DNA of 64,000 nt from Planctomycetota bacterium (GTDB taxonomy: Bacteria; Planctomycetota; UBA1135; GCA-002686595): NCBI GenBank assembly GCA_012960475.1, contig DUBE01000027.1, positions 42,599-106,598 of the forward strand. Direction: 5' to 3'. Under the pieces are notes generated by a model that did no database searches, was not told the origin of the DNA, and saw only the letters and a list, made by a program, of their open reading frames with translations. A program made the position numbers and the translations under genes. Positions 35,604 to 45,359 of this stretch are shown here, in pieces; within the stretch, counting starts at the first letter, position 1, and each line of letters begins with the position of its first letter.

Positions 35604-37292
35604 ATGGAACAGCGAGACTGGCATGTGAACTATGACGAGGGTGTTTCGACGGCGATCGATTATTCGAAGCTCAACATACCTCAGATCTTTCGGCAGACAG
35701 TCGAGCGCTTTGGGGATAGGCCCGCGCTGGTCTTTCTAAACTGCAAACTGACCTATACAGAACTCGGTGCTGAAGTCGACAAGTGCGCCATCGGGTTCTC
35801 CAAGCTCGGAGTCAAGATGGGGACTCGGATTGCGATTCAGCTGCCGAACATTCCTCAGGCGGCAATCTCTTATCTGGCAGCTTTGCAGTTGGGGGCAGAG
35901 GTTGTGATGACCAACCCGCTCTACACTTTTCGTGAGGTCGAGCATCAGTGGAAGGATTCTGGCTGTGAAGTGGCCGTGACCGCCGACTTTATTTGGGACG
36001 ACATTATCAAGGATCGACGCGCGGAGCTTGCACCAACGAGGTGGGTGGTGGCTTCCATTCCAGGTTACCTGCGCTTCCCGTTGAACTTCCTGGCGCCATT
36101 GAAGCTCAAGAAGCAGGACCCGCCTCGCTGGGCCAAGGTTGCTCCTGAGGCGGACATGATTCGCTTCAAGGACATGATCAAAGACGCCAGCGGTCCTGTT
36201 CCTCGCCCCGACTTCGATTGGGATCAAGTGGCTGCGCTGCAGTACACGGGCGGAACAACAGGCCCTTCCAAGGGCGCCATGCTGACCCACAAGAACCTGA
36301 GCAGCAACATTCAGCAGATCGATGGCTGGTTCACAGGCGTTGAGTATGGCCAAGAGGTGTTGATGACTGCGCTGCCCCTGTTCCATGTGTTTGGCATGAG
36401 TGTTTGCATGGGTTGGGGCATGGCTTCTGGCGCTTGCATGGTGCTGCTGCCCAATCCGCGGGACCTCCCTTCTGTGGTCAAGGCGATCGTCAAGCACAAG
36501 ATCACCCTGTTCCCCGGTGTGCCGGCTCTGTTCAACGGACTGAACAACTTCCCCGGAATCGAGCAGACGGACGTTTCAAGCATCAAGTACTGCTTCAGTG
36601 GCTCTGCGCCTCTGCCTCCGGATGTGATGCAGAAGTTCGAGAGCATGACGGGGTCCAAGATTGTCGAGGGCTTCGGCATGAGCGAGACCTCGCCCGTGAC
36701 CCACTGCAATCCGCTCAATGGGGTCCGCAAGCCGGGTTCGGTGGGGATTCCCGTGGCGGACACGGACGCGCGGATTGTGGACATCGAGACTGGGGTCCAA
36801 GATGTGCCCCAGGGGGAAGAGGGCGAACTGATCGTCAAAGGGCCTCAGGTGATGAAGGGCTATTGGGGCCGCCCCGACGAGACCGCTAATTCGATTCGGG
36901 ATGGGTGGATGCATACGGGCGACCTGGCCACCATGGACGAGGAAGGCTACTTCCAGATCGTTGGCCGCAAGAAGGACATGATCAACTGCTCTGGCTTCAA
37001 GGTGTTCCCCGACGAGGTGGATGGAGTCTTGGTTGCCCACGAGGCGATCCTTGAGGCGGCGACCATCGGCGTGCCCCATGAGGAGTATGGCGAGACCGTC
37101 AAGTCTTTCATCGTATTGAATGCGGGCATGACTTTGAGCGCGGAAGCAGCTCAGGAGTACTGTCGTGAGAACCTGGCCAAGTACAAAGTCCCTCGGCTAG
37201 TTGAATTCCTCGACGAGCTGCCCAAGAGCAGCGTGCTGAAAGTCCTGCGGCGCGAGTTGCGAGACATGGAGATGGCAAAGGCCAAGGGTTGA
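35604..37292 (+). CDS. fadD: long-chain fatty acid--CoA ligase
   Basis: The AMP-binding motif (LQYTGGTTGPSKGAMLTHKN) is present. The blocks EGFGMSETSP, WMHTGDLATMDEEGYFQIVGRKKD and YKVPR also fit. Confidence 0.9.
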   Translation: MEQRDWHVNYDEGVSTAIDYSKLNIPQIFRQTVERFGDRPALVFLNCKLTYTELGAEVDKCAIGFSKLGVKMGTRIAIQLPNIPQAAISYLAALQLGAEVVMTNPLYTFREVEHQWKDSGCEVAVTADFIWDDIIKDRRAELAPTRWVVASIPGYLRFPLNFLAPLKLKKQDPPRWAKVAPEADMIRFKDMIKDASGPVPRPDFDWDQVAALQYTGGTTGPSKGAMLTHKNLSSNIQQIDGWFTGVEYGQEVLMTALPLFHVFGMSVCMGWGMASGACMVLLPNPRDLPSVVKAIVKHKITLFPGVPALFNGLNNFPGIEQTDVSSIKYCFSGSAPLPPDVMQKFESMTGSKIVEGFGMSETSPVTHCNPLNGVRKPGSVGIPVADTDARIVDIETGVQDVPQGEEGELIVKGPQVMKGYWGRPDETANSIRDGWMHTGDLATMDEEGYFQIVGRKKDMINCSGFKVFPDEVDGVLVAHEAILEAATIGVPHEEYGETVKSFIVLNAGMTLSAEAAQEYCRENLAKYKVPRLVEFLDELPKSSVLKVLRRELRDMEMAKAKG

Positions 37293-37471
37293 ACCCACCG
37301 CGATCCCTGCGACGAGCATGCACCCCCGGGCTCATCCTGGGAAGTGCCGGTTTCTTCCTTCTAGAGGCCTACGCGAGGGGTGAGCTTGCGGAGTTTGTCT
37401 CCAGTTCTCACAATCCTCCCTGTCGCGCGTCTTCTGTCAACCCCCACAAGCGTGGTGTTCTTGGAGTACTT

Positions 37472-39796
37472 ATGAATCATTTCTTTCCCTTGGCATGTGC
37501 CCTCGGCTTGCTCGCGAGTTGTTCGGATGGTGTGCCGACCTCGATTTCGGAGGACGAGAAGCCCACGGTTGTGGTCTACAGTCCGTCTACTGGCAATCTC
37601 CCCACTCCCAACGACATCTTGTTCGCAGGGTCCCTTGACGGGACCTTGAACATCCCCACCACCGAAGGTGCTGTTGATCTTGGCAATCCGGTCGAGGCGC
37701 TCAATGCACTTGATGGCTGGTCCACTGTGGCGCCTTTTCCCTTGACGTTCAGTCGGCCGATTGACCTTGGTACGGTGGTGCTTGGGAGTACCTTGCGCGT
37801 GTTTGAGGTGACTACTGATACCAGTGTGGTTCCCGTTGGTGGTCCGGTGACCGGCATTGTGGGCGAAGTGATGGCTCTTGATATCGCTCTCTCTGCTGGC
37901 GATCCCAGCGGTGCGACGGTTGAGTTGCGTCCGAACGCGCCCCTCAAGTCGGGGACCGCGTACATGGTGCTGGCCACTAATGGCATTTTGGACTCCGCGG
38001 GCAATGCCGTGGGCCGCGATGTGGAGTATGCAATCGTTGCGGATGAGGGAACCCTGGCGGGCAATCATCCTCTGGCCCCCTTGGACTTCTTGATCGACCT
38101 GATGCACCAGGTAGCTGCTGCGGCGGGGATTCCCTCAGAGTCGATTGTCGTGGCTTATAGCTTTACGACCCAGACCATTGGGACCCGGGCGGGAATTGCC
38201 GTGGGCCCGGTTGTCGCGGCTGCAACGATTGCCATTGGCGGCGAGGTCGGCTTGATCAACTTATATGGGGGTGCGCTGATGCCTCCATTTGTGGACTTCA
38301 CAGGCGCCTTTGATGGTGACGATGAGCCGATCACTGAGGTGCCGGCGGCGGTGGCTGGCGAATTTACCGACCGTGGTTCGGCCTTTGATCTTGATAGTAT
38401 CTATACGGGCGGTTCTGGTTGGGCAGGCACCGGTCAAGTCTATATTGGCTCGATTGAAATTCCGTCCTATTCAGCGATTGGCAACGGCGACCCCCAAGAT
38501 CGGGGTCCCTTGGAGCTTCCCTGGGAAGCGCGCTTTCCTGCCCATGACGGCACCCGCAATCTGTCTTGGTTGAATCCGATTCCGAGGTTTCGGGGCACTG
38601 TCAAGATCCCTGTCCTGGCGATCGTGCCCAATGACGTTGTGCTGGGAGATGCCCCAGTTGCGATCTTCGTACACGGGATCACTTCCAGTCGAGCAGCACT
38701 GCTCGGCGTCGCCAATGAATTGGCGACCGCTGGACGTGTGGGCATTGCGATCGACTTGCCTTTGCATGGTCTAGTGAGCGGGGCCTTGGATCTCGGTCCG
38801 GATACTCTTGACCAAATTGGGGCTGGGTCGAGCTTGCCTCTGGGCAGCGTGAGCGAGCGTACCTTTGGTTTGGACCTTGTTGGCGCCGGCGAATTCGGTA
38901 CGGAACCAGATGGGGCCGAGGACAGCTCGGGATCTCACTTCTTGAACCTGGCCTACCTCTTGAGCGCGAAAGCGAACATGATGCAATCGGTGGCGGATCT
39001 GACAGCCTTGCGCGAATTGCTGCCCATGATTGATTTGGACGGTGGCGGTGCTGGAGACCTTTCCGCCTCAGATGTGGCCTTCATCGGGCATTCCCTGGGG
39101 GCGATGGTCTCGATCCCGACCTTGGCGATTCAGCACGGGATCCTGGGCATCACCCCTGCACCCGTGTCATTGATGGCGCCGGGGGGAGGGATTGCCAAGC
39201 TCCTGCAAGGCTCCGTGGCCTACGGTCCCGTCGTCGATGGGTCGTTGGCCCTGCAAGGGGTGTTGCCTGGGACTCCCGAATACGAGTCCTTCTACTTTGC
39301 TGCCCAATCGGTGGTTGACGGGGTTGACCCGATCAATTTTGCCGGATTGTTGGTGGGTACGGAGTTCTCCAGCATGACTCCGATTCACCTGATCGAGGTT
39401 GTTGGGGGGGGCTTAGCTGACACAATTGAAGGCCCCATAACCACCGAGACCCCGGAGGACTTGGTGGTGCCCAACAGCGTTGTAGGCGCGCCTCTATCCG
39501 GCACTGATCCTCTGGTCACTGCCATGGGTCTTACCCAGGTGACTTCGGCGAACACGCCCTTGATGGGAATTCCCGAAGTGGCCCCTGCTCAAGGATTCGT
39601 CAAGTACTTGAAAGGCAAGCACTCAAGTCTGATCGTTCCCCCTTGGGAAGCGTTGGCGAGTGAGCCTTTCTGGTATGACATCCTCACCGGCCTTCTGATA
39701 TTTCAAGAGATGAGCAGTACGGCCGCCAATTTCTCGGGCTCTGATCCCGAAATCAGCGTCGGCGTTGCCGCTTCCAGCGGAGGAGTCATCCAATGA
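37472..39796 (+). CDS. secreted lipoprotein lipase/esterase (Ig-like N-terminal region plus alpha/beta hydrolase)
   Basis: The lipobox is in MNHFFPLACALGLLASCSDG. The nucleophile elbow is FIGHSLGAM and the oxyanion region is IFVHGITSSR. The N-terminal region resembles bacterial virulence-factor lipase N-terminal/Ig-like modules. The start was chosen at ATG 37472, preceded by GGAG. Confidence 0.7.
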   Translation: MNHFFPLACALGLLASCSDGVPTSISEDEKPTVVVYSPSTGNLPTPNDILFAGSLDGTLNIPTTEGAVDLGNPVEALNALDGWSTVAPFPLTFSRPIDLGTVVLGSTLRVFEVTTDTSVVPVGGPVTGIVGEVMALDIALSAGDPSGATVELRPNAPLKSGTAYMVLATNGILDSAGNAVGRDVEYAIVADEGTLAGNHPLAPLDFLIDLMHQVAAAAGIPSESIVVAYSFTTQTIGTRAGIAVGPVVAAATIAIGGEVGLINLYGGALMPPFVDFTGAFDGDDEPITEVPAAVAGEFTDRGSAFDLDSIYTGGSGWAGTGQVYIGSIEIPSYSAIGNGDPQDRGPLELPWEARFPAHDGTRNLSWLNPIPRFRGTVKIPVLAIVPNDVVLGDAPVAIFVHGITSSRAALLGVANELATAGRVGIAIDLPLHGLVSGALDLGPDTLDQIGAGSSLPLGSVSERTFGLDLVGAGEFGTEPDGAEDSSGSHFLNLAYLLSAKANMMQSVADLTALRELLPMIDLDGGGAGDLSASDVAFIGHSLGAMVSIPTLAIQHGILGITPAPVSLMAPGGGIAKLLQGSVAYGPVVDGSLALQGVLPGTPEYESFYFAAQSVVDGVDPINFAGLLVGTEFSSMTPIHLIEVVGGGLADTIEGPITTETPEDLVVPNSVVGAPLSGTDPLVTAMGLTQVTSANTPLMGIPEVAPAQGFVKYLKGKHSSLIVPPWEALASEPFWYDILTGLLIFQEMSSTAANFSGSDPEISVGVAASSGGVIQ

Positions 39797-40518
39797 TCAC
39801 CCTCAAGAATATCGCCCTGATCGGCGCACTGTTCCTCGCCTCTTGCGCCTCCAACCTGAGCGACCCCTGGGCCGGCATTGGTAAAGGCTCAACCACCGTC
39901 GGTACTTCCACCGGCTGGGCCTTCTATGGGGCCGAGATTGAAGCGGAGGGCACCGGCGGAGTTTTGGCCGGTGAAACCGGTACGGACCATACGGACCTGA
40001 CGCCCAACTACGGGGCGGCCTTGAAGGTCAACCGCTTTATCACCGATGACTTTTCTTTGGGGCTGGTCTACGAGTTGCGCAACTTCGACGCTGATCCGAT
40101 TGCGCCTCTTTCGGCAGTGCTGACTGCTGATGCGTTCACGACGCACCACTTCCTCCTTTCGAGTCGCTATTGGCTGAGCCCAAAGGGTGACGCCGGACGC
40201 TGGAAGCCCTTTGTGGGTCTCGACCTGGGCTACATCCCCGAGGTGGACTTTGGTGCCGTGGATGTCAGCTATCCGGGCGCGGTTCCGAACGAGGATGTGA
40301 ACATCGTGGGATCGAGCTATTGGACTCTTGGCGTAGTGGCGGGAGCCTCTTACATGTTGGAGAAGGGCCTGTCCCTCGACATCGGGGCTTTCTATGAATT
40401 TGCCCTGACACCGGGGGAGGACACTCTGATTTTTCCGAACCTCGGCAATGCGACCGCCGATGTGGAAGTCTGGCCCGAGGGTCTAGTGATCTTCGGCGGC
40501 TTGACCTGGTACCTGTAG
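39793..40518 (+). CDS. outer-membrane beta-barrel lipoprotein, translationally coupled to the lipase
   Basis: The start forms an ATGA overlap with the lipase stop. The lipobox is ALFLASCAS. The sequence shows an alternating beta-strand pattern and ends in GGLTWYL. Confidence 0.5.
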   Translation: MITLKNIALIGALFLASCASNLSDPWAGIGKGSTTVGTSTGWAFYGAEIEAEGTGGVLAGETGTDHTDLTPNYGAALKVNRFITDDFSLGLVYELRNFDADPIAPLSAVLTADAFTTHHFLLSSRYWLSPKGDAGRWKPFVGLDLGYIPEVDFGAVDVSYPGAVPNEDVNIVGSSYWTLGVVAGASYMLEKGLSLDIGAFYEFALTPGEDTLIFPNLGNATADVEVWPEGLVIFGGLTWYL

Positions 40519-40544
40519 AGCCCAGGGTATTCCTGACCTGATCA

Positions 40545-40576
40545 GCGGGCCGGCATCTTTACGGGTGCTGGCCCGC
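40545..40576 (+). terminator. hairpin downstream of the lipase-barrel operon
   Basis: The 11-bp stem pairs GCGGGCCGGCA (40545-40555) with TGCTGGCCCGC (40566-40576) and contains one G-U pair. The loop is 10 nt. There is no clear T-tract. Confidence 0.4.
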
Positions 40577-40691
40577 AGGCCTTGGTGTGCGGCTGGTCCG
40601 TGCCTCGGTTTCTCGGCGGGGCACAATTCCCAGATACGAGTGCAGGGCGGCAGTCCATTCGAACAACCGCCCCACGAGAGAGAGAGGACAT

Positions 40692-40720
40692 CCCAGGGAT
40701 CACGTGAAGGAATCCCTGGG
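40692..40720 (-). terminator. hairpin downstream of fadE
   Basis: A perfect 9-bp stem pairs CCCAGGGAT (40692-40700) with ATCCCTGGG (40712-40720). It lies 37 nt after the fadE stop. On the minus strand a pyrimidine-rich tail follows (TGTCCTCTCTCTCT). Confidence 0.4.
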
Positions 40721-40756
40721 CGCACGTGGTGTGTGGCTCTGGTTGGTAGGGGAGGC

Positions 40757-43222
40757 CTAGGAGGCCAGAGGCACCTGTTGCCGATCCGGTTCGGAGTGTG
40801 CCTTTGCTGAGGTGCGCAGGTACTCCTCCAAGGTGAACGAATCGACTTCTATCGTATCGTCCCTCGCAGCCTCGGCCTCAATGGCCAGTTGTGCTTCTTC
40901 GGAAGAAATAATTCCCGCTGCCTGGGCCTCTTCCAGCAGGAAAATGGGCTTCTGGCGCGGTAGACGGCGCTTTTTGACGGCATCCTTGATCTTGCGGGCC
41001 ACCACGTCAGCGCGGGTAACCAGGTCCAGGGTGTGCTCCATGCGCCCAGCGGCCTCCGTGGTGTCCTGAGGGATGTAGAGGCCAGAGGTGATCCGGTCCC
41101 GCTGCTGTCCAGGGCTTTGCAGGGCCATGGCGACTTTGCTGCCCAGGCGGTCCGAAGGGGCTGATCCCATGGGCACCAGATGCGACCAGATGCGTATGGG
41201 GCCGCGCAGGGCCCAGCCGATCAGGGGCAGGTTGAGGTTGGCGTAGAGCCCGTCGAAGGCATTGTTGATCTTGTCCAGACCGTACTCAGCGGACCACTGC
41301 AGGAAAGGCAGATCCTCTGTGGGGCGTCCTTCGGCCTCAAAACGCCTGAGGGTGGCTTGCAGCAGGTACATCCAGGAGACAATGTCGGCGAAACGACCGG
41401 TGATCTCTTCCCGGCGCTTGAGATCGCCCCCGATCATGGCCATGGACAGGTCTGAAAGGATAGCGAAGCGAGCTGAGGCCCAGTCCAGCTTCTTGTAGTA
41501 GTTCGCACATGGTCCGTCGACGGGAGAGCGTCCCAAGAGGCCACCCGTCAGATCCAGTACAACAGTGCGGCTGAAGTTGCGCGCCACATGTCCTATGTGT
41601 CCGAAGAAGGCCTTGTCGAAGGCCCGGCTGTCACCGGCTTCGGCGGCTTCCACTTCCGACCAGGCATGGGGGTGACAGCGGATCGCTCCCTGGCCGAAAA
41701 CCACCAGAGTGCGGGTCAAGATATTGGCGCCTTCCACCGTGATGCTGATGGGAGTTGCCATGTAGGCATGGGCCAGGAGGTTGCGCGGCCCGCGGCTGAT
41801 GGCGGCTCCTCCGAGTACATCCATGGCGTCGTTGATCGATTGGCGCGCAAGCTCGGTGGTGTTGTACTTCATGATTGCAGTCACCACCGCTGGCTTGGCT
41901 CCCTTGTCCAGGGCGCCGCATGTGTAACGTCGTGCGGCTTCGGTCAAATAGGCAAAGCCACCGATGCGGGCCAGGGGTTCTTGTACACCCCCGAAGCGTC
42001 CGATCGAAACACCGAACTGCTTGCGTATGGCCGAGTAGCCACCGGCCAGGCGGGCAGCGGCCTTGCAGGTAGCCACCGCCGAAGCGGGCAGGGATATTCC
42101 GCGTCCTGCTGCGAGGCACTCCATCAACATGATCCAACCGCGCCCGATCCCATTGTGACCGCCGATCACGCAGCTCAGAGGCAGGACCACATCGTGGCCT
42201 TCGGTGGGGCAGTTGTAGAAGGGTACGCCCATTGGGTCATGACGTTCTCCTTTCTCCACGCCGGGGGTATCGGTGGGAATCAAAGCGCAGGTGATGCCCA
42301 GGTCCTCACCCTTGCCCAGGAGGTTCCCCGGGTCGCGCATCTTGAAGGCCAGACCCAGAAGGGTCGAGACCGCTGCCAGGGTGATGTAGCGTTTGCGCCA
42401 GTTGAAGCGCAGGTAGAGTTCGTTGTCTTCGCCTCGGAAGATCTCGCCTGAGGCGGTGATCGAGCCCGCGTCTGAGCCGGCTCCGGGCTCGGTCAGGGCA
42501 AAAGCCGGGATTTCCCGGCCATCAGCCAGACGCGGTAAGAGTTCGTCCTTTTGTTCTTTGGTGCCGTAGTGGTGCAGTAACTCGGCGGGACCCAGGGAGT
42601 TGGGAACCATGACCGTGATGCCCAAGGTGCCGGAGCGGGACGAGAGCTTGGACACAATCGCGCTGTTGGCCGAGGCGCTGAAGCCGTGACCGCCGTATTC
42701 GCTGGGGATGATCAGGCCGAAGAATCCTTGCTTGGCCAGATAGTCCCAGACATTCTCGGGGAGATCGCGATCCTGCCATACCTGCCAGTCATCAGTCATA
42801 TGGCAGACGGTTTCCACCGGGCCGTCGATGAATGCTTGCTCGGTCTCTGTCAGGTCGGGATAGTCCTCTTCGGAGAGGCGCTTGAAATCAGGTTTGCCGC
42901 TGAAGAGCTCTGCATCGGCCCAGGTCGTGCCCGCTTCAAGGGCTTCTTTCTCTGTCGCGGATACTTTGGGCAGAAAGCCGAGCTTACTCATCATGCGCAT
43001 CAAGGGGCCGCTGATCAGAATTGTGCGCAGGGTTGGTACGAGCAAGATAGCCGTACCGGCGGCGACGATGCCGAGCCACCACCAGCCGGTGTGAATACCA
43101 GCGGCCACCAACAAACCAAAGATCGCCCATGCCGGCGCCGGAGCGGCGAACCAGCCAAGGGTGACAAAGGCGACGGGCACGAGGAGTAGAAGTGGCCAAT
43201 TGGACCAGAAGAATCCATTCAT
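40757..43222 (-). CDS. fadE: acyl-CoA dehydrogenase, FadE type (N-terminal membrane region, C-terminal DUF1974-like domain)
   Basis: At about 820 aa it has E. coli FadE-like architecture. The N-terminal TM segments include WPLLLLVPVAFVTLGWF. The ACAD core (ALTEPGAGSD) and a long C-terminal helical domain are present. Confidence 0.9.
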   Translation of the reverse strand: MNGFFWSNWPLLLLVPVAFVTLGWFAAPAPAWAIFGLLVAAGIHTGWWWLGIVAAGTAILLVPTLRTILISGPLMRMMSKLGFLPKVSATEKEALEAGTTWADAELFSGKPDFKRLSEEDYPDLTETEQAFIDGPVETVCHMTDDWQVWQDRDLPENVWDYLAKQGFFGLIIPSEYGGHGFSASANSAIVSKLSSRSGTLGITVMVPNSLGPAELLHHYGTKEQKDELLPRLADGREIPAFALTEPGAGSDAGSITASGEIFRGEDNELYLRFNWRKRYITLAAVSTLLGLAFKMRDPGNLLGKGEDLGITCALIPTDTPGVEKGERHDPMGVPFYNCPTEGHDVVLPLSCVIGGHNGIGRGWIMLMECLAAGRGISLPASAVATCKAAARLAGGYSAIRKQFGVSIGRFGGVQEPLARIGGFAYLTEAARRYTCGALDKGAKPAVVTAIMKYNTTELARQSINDAMDVLGGAAISRGPRNLLAHAYMATPISITVEGANILTRTLVVFGQGAIRCHPHAWSEVEAAEAGDSRAFDKAFFGHIGHVARNFSRTVVLDLTGGLLGRSPVDGPCANYYKKLDWASARFAILSDLSMAMIGGDLKRREEITGRFADIVSWMYLLQATLRRFEAEGRPTEDLPFLQWSAEYGLDKINNAFDGLYANLNLPLIGWALRGPIRIWSHLVPMGSAPSDRLGSKVAMALQSPGQQRDRITSGLYIPQDTTEAAGRMEHTLDLVTRADVVARKIKDAVKKRRLPRQKPIFLLEEAQAAGIISSEEAQLAIEAEAARDDTIEVDSFTLEEYLRTSAKAHSEPDRQQVPLAS

Positions 43223-43836
43223 GAGGAGACCTTGGGTTGAGAGGGAGGGAAACTGATCTCGACAGCGCGCATTGCTAGGCGAATCGCATCATTGAGATGG
43301 TTGGAGCCGCGCAGGGACTTGTCGATGCGACGGGCGAGGTGGAGGGAGACTGCACCGTGCAAGGTCGACCAGACCAGGGTCGCTGCGCGCAGTGTTGCTT
43401 CGGGGGAGGGGGAAGAGTCTTGACGACTCTTCATCACGGCTTCACCGAGTAAAGCCAGATAGTTCCTTTGCACTCGATAGCGGTCGATGGGGTACCTCTC
43501 CATCTGGTTGGGATGGAGATGGAACATCACTTCGTAGAACTCGCTATTGGAGTTGGCGAAGCTTACATATGCGGCGCAGAGATTCTCGAGGTGGTCCTGC
43601 GGCGATCCTTCGTGGGATACGGCCTCAAGCTGTGCGTGCAGGATCTCAAAACCCTCGTCGATCAGGGCATGCAAGAGGGCGTCCTTGTTCTTGAAGTAGA
43701 GATAGATCGATGCGGCGGTGCAGCCCACCCCTCGGGCGATGCGGCGGGTGGAGAGGGCCGTGTACCCGCCTTCCAGCAGCACATTGCGCGCCTCACGCAG
43801 GATGCGGGGCTTGAGGTCGGTTCCGTTACGGGGCAT
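43219..43836 (-). CDS. TetR/AcrR-family transcriptional regulator (probable fatty-acid degradation repressor)
   Basis: The N-terminal HTH is GYTALSTRRIARGVGCTAASIYLYFKNKDALL. The stop overlaps the fadE start (ATGA). The gene is divergent from the thiolase operon. Confidence 0.9.
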   Translation of the reverse strand: MPRNGTDLKPRILREARNVLLEGGYTALSTRRIARGVGCTAASIYLYFKNKDALLHALIDEGFEILHAQLEAVSHEGSPQDHLENLCAAYVSFANSNSEFYEVMFHLHPNQMERYPIDRYRVQRNYLALLGEAVMKSRQDSSPSPEATLRAATLVWSTLHGAVSLHLARRIDKSLRGSNHLNDAIRLAMRAVEISFPPSQPKVSS

Positions 43837-43889
43837 GGGCGTGAATCTCAGATGTTCTCTTCGGCTTTCCGCAGGCTGGACCGAAGAGG

Positions 43890-43912
43890 TTATCAGTGAT
43901 AAGTTATCACTG
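43890..43912. promoter_or_regulatory. candidate TetR operator: overlapping 6-1-6 palindromes TTATCAgTGATAAgTTATCAcTG
   Basis: TTATCAGTGATAA (43890-43902) and TGATAAGTTATCA (43897-43909) are each perfect 6-1-6 palindromes. They sit in the 200-bp divergent region between the TetR gene and the thiolase gene. The same bases read as TGnTAAGTT / TGnTAACTT extended -10-like boxes on the two strands. Confidence 0.5.
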
Positions 43913-44036
43913 TTTAGGCCCTCTGTTCAGTCCCTGGAGTTGAATCGGTGTTTGGGGGCTCCGATTGAGGAATAATTCCGATCCGGCCGGGGCTCCCCAC
44001 GGACTTCCATCCCTCGGCCAAGACCCTGCACCACTG

Positions 44037-45359
44037 ATGATTGCACCAAGCGCTTCTTCCATTGTTATCGCCGCTGGCCTGCGCAGCCCCTGGATCAAGG
44101 CCGGAGGCCAGTTTCGTGGGGAAGACGCGGGGCACCTGGGTGCCGCTGTTACCCGAGAACTCCTGGCTCGCACAGGAGTGCGAGGTGAGCAGCTCGATGA
44201 GGTCATAACCGGTTCGGTTGGGCCGCCCCACGATCAGGCCAATCTCTCTCGGGTGGTTGCCCTGCGCGCGGGGATTCCCCGGGAAGTGCCTGCTCGCACC
44301 GTGGCCCGCAATTGCGCTAGCGGTATTGAGGCGGTCACTCAGGCAGTTACCGAAATCCGCGCGGGTAATGGTTCGCTCTACATGTGTCTTGGCGTGGAAG
44401 TCATGAGCGCTTATCCCTTGATCATGGGCCGCAAGTTGACCGGGTTCTTTGAACGCATGATGAAGGCGCGTTCCTTGTTTGCGCGCTTGTCAACGCTTGC
44501 ATCCTTCAGGCCGTCCATGCTGGCGCCGCGGGTTGCTTTGCTGGAGGGTCTACGCGATCCAATTACAAACCTACTGATGGGCCAGACTGCTGAAGTCCTG
44601 GTGCGTGACTTTGGATTGACACGGGAGGATTGCGACACCTATGCCACGGAGAGTCATCATCGTGCTCGTCTCTCACGGGATAAGGGACGATTTGAAAGGG
44701 AGATTCTTCCTATGGCTCCATTGAGTCGCAAACCCATCGAGGACCTCGTGCGTCACGACGACGGTATCCGCGATGATCAAACCGTGGAGGCTCTCATGCG
44801 CATGCGGCCCTATTTTGAAAAGCCCGATGGAGTCGTGACGATCGGCAACTCCTGCGGGATCACTGATGGAGCTTGTGCTCTCTTGATCACCACCGAAGAG
44901 AAGGCGGGTGAGTTGGGCCTTGAGCCCTTGGCGCGCATCAGGTCCTACGCCTGGGCGGGGCTCGATCCCTCGCGCATGGGGCTCGGCCCTGTGTTTTCCA
45001 GCAAGCTGGCCTTGGAACAGGCCGGCTGCACGCTTGAGGATATGGACGTGATCGAAATCAATGAGGCCTTTGCTGCCCAGGTCCTGGCCTGCAAGCAGGC
45101 CTTTGCCAGCGACAAGTTTGCCCGGGAACATCTTGGACAGGATGAGGCCATGGGTGAAATCGACCCGGCCAAGCTGAATCCCAACGGTGGCGCGGTGGCT
45201 CTGGGGCACCCGGTGGGGGCTACCGGGGGGCGCTTGCTCCTGACCGCAGCCCACGAATTGGCGCTGGGCGATCACAACCTCGCCCTGGCAACTCTCTGCA
45301 TCGGCGGTGGCCAGGGTGGCGCCGTGGTGCTGGAACGAATCAATGGGAGCGCCGCCTGA
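44037..45359 (+). CDS. fadI: acetyl-CoA C-acyltransferase (3-ketoacyl-CoA thiolase)
   Basis: The thiolase blocks RNCASGIEAV (Cys nucleophile), NPNGGAVALGHPVGATGGRL and CIGGGQGGAVVLE are present. The thiolase-first gene order resembles fadIJ. The start was chosen at ATG 44037. Confidence 0.85.
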   Translation: MIAPSASSIVIAAGLRSPWIKAGGQFRGEDAGHLGAAVTRELLARTGVRGEQLDEVITGSVGPPHDQANLSRVVALRAGIPREVPARTVARNCASGIEAVTQAVTEIRAGNGSLYMCLGVEVMSAYPLIMGRKLTGFFERMMKARSLFARLSTLASFRPSMLAPRVALLEGLRDPITNLLMGQTAEVLVRDFGLTREDCDTYATESHHRARLSRDKGRFEREILPMAPLSRKPIEDLVRHDDGIRDDQTVEALMRMRPYFEKPDGVVTIGNSCGITDGACALLITTEEKAGELGLEPLARIRSYAWAGLDPSRMGLGPVFSSKLALEQAGCTLEDMDVIEINEAFAAQVLACKQAFASDKFAREHLGQDEAMGEIDPAKLNPNGGAVALGHPVGATGGRLLLTAAHELALGDHNLALATLCIGGGQGGAVVLERINGSAA

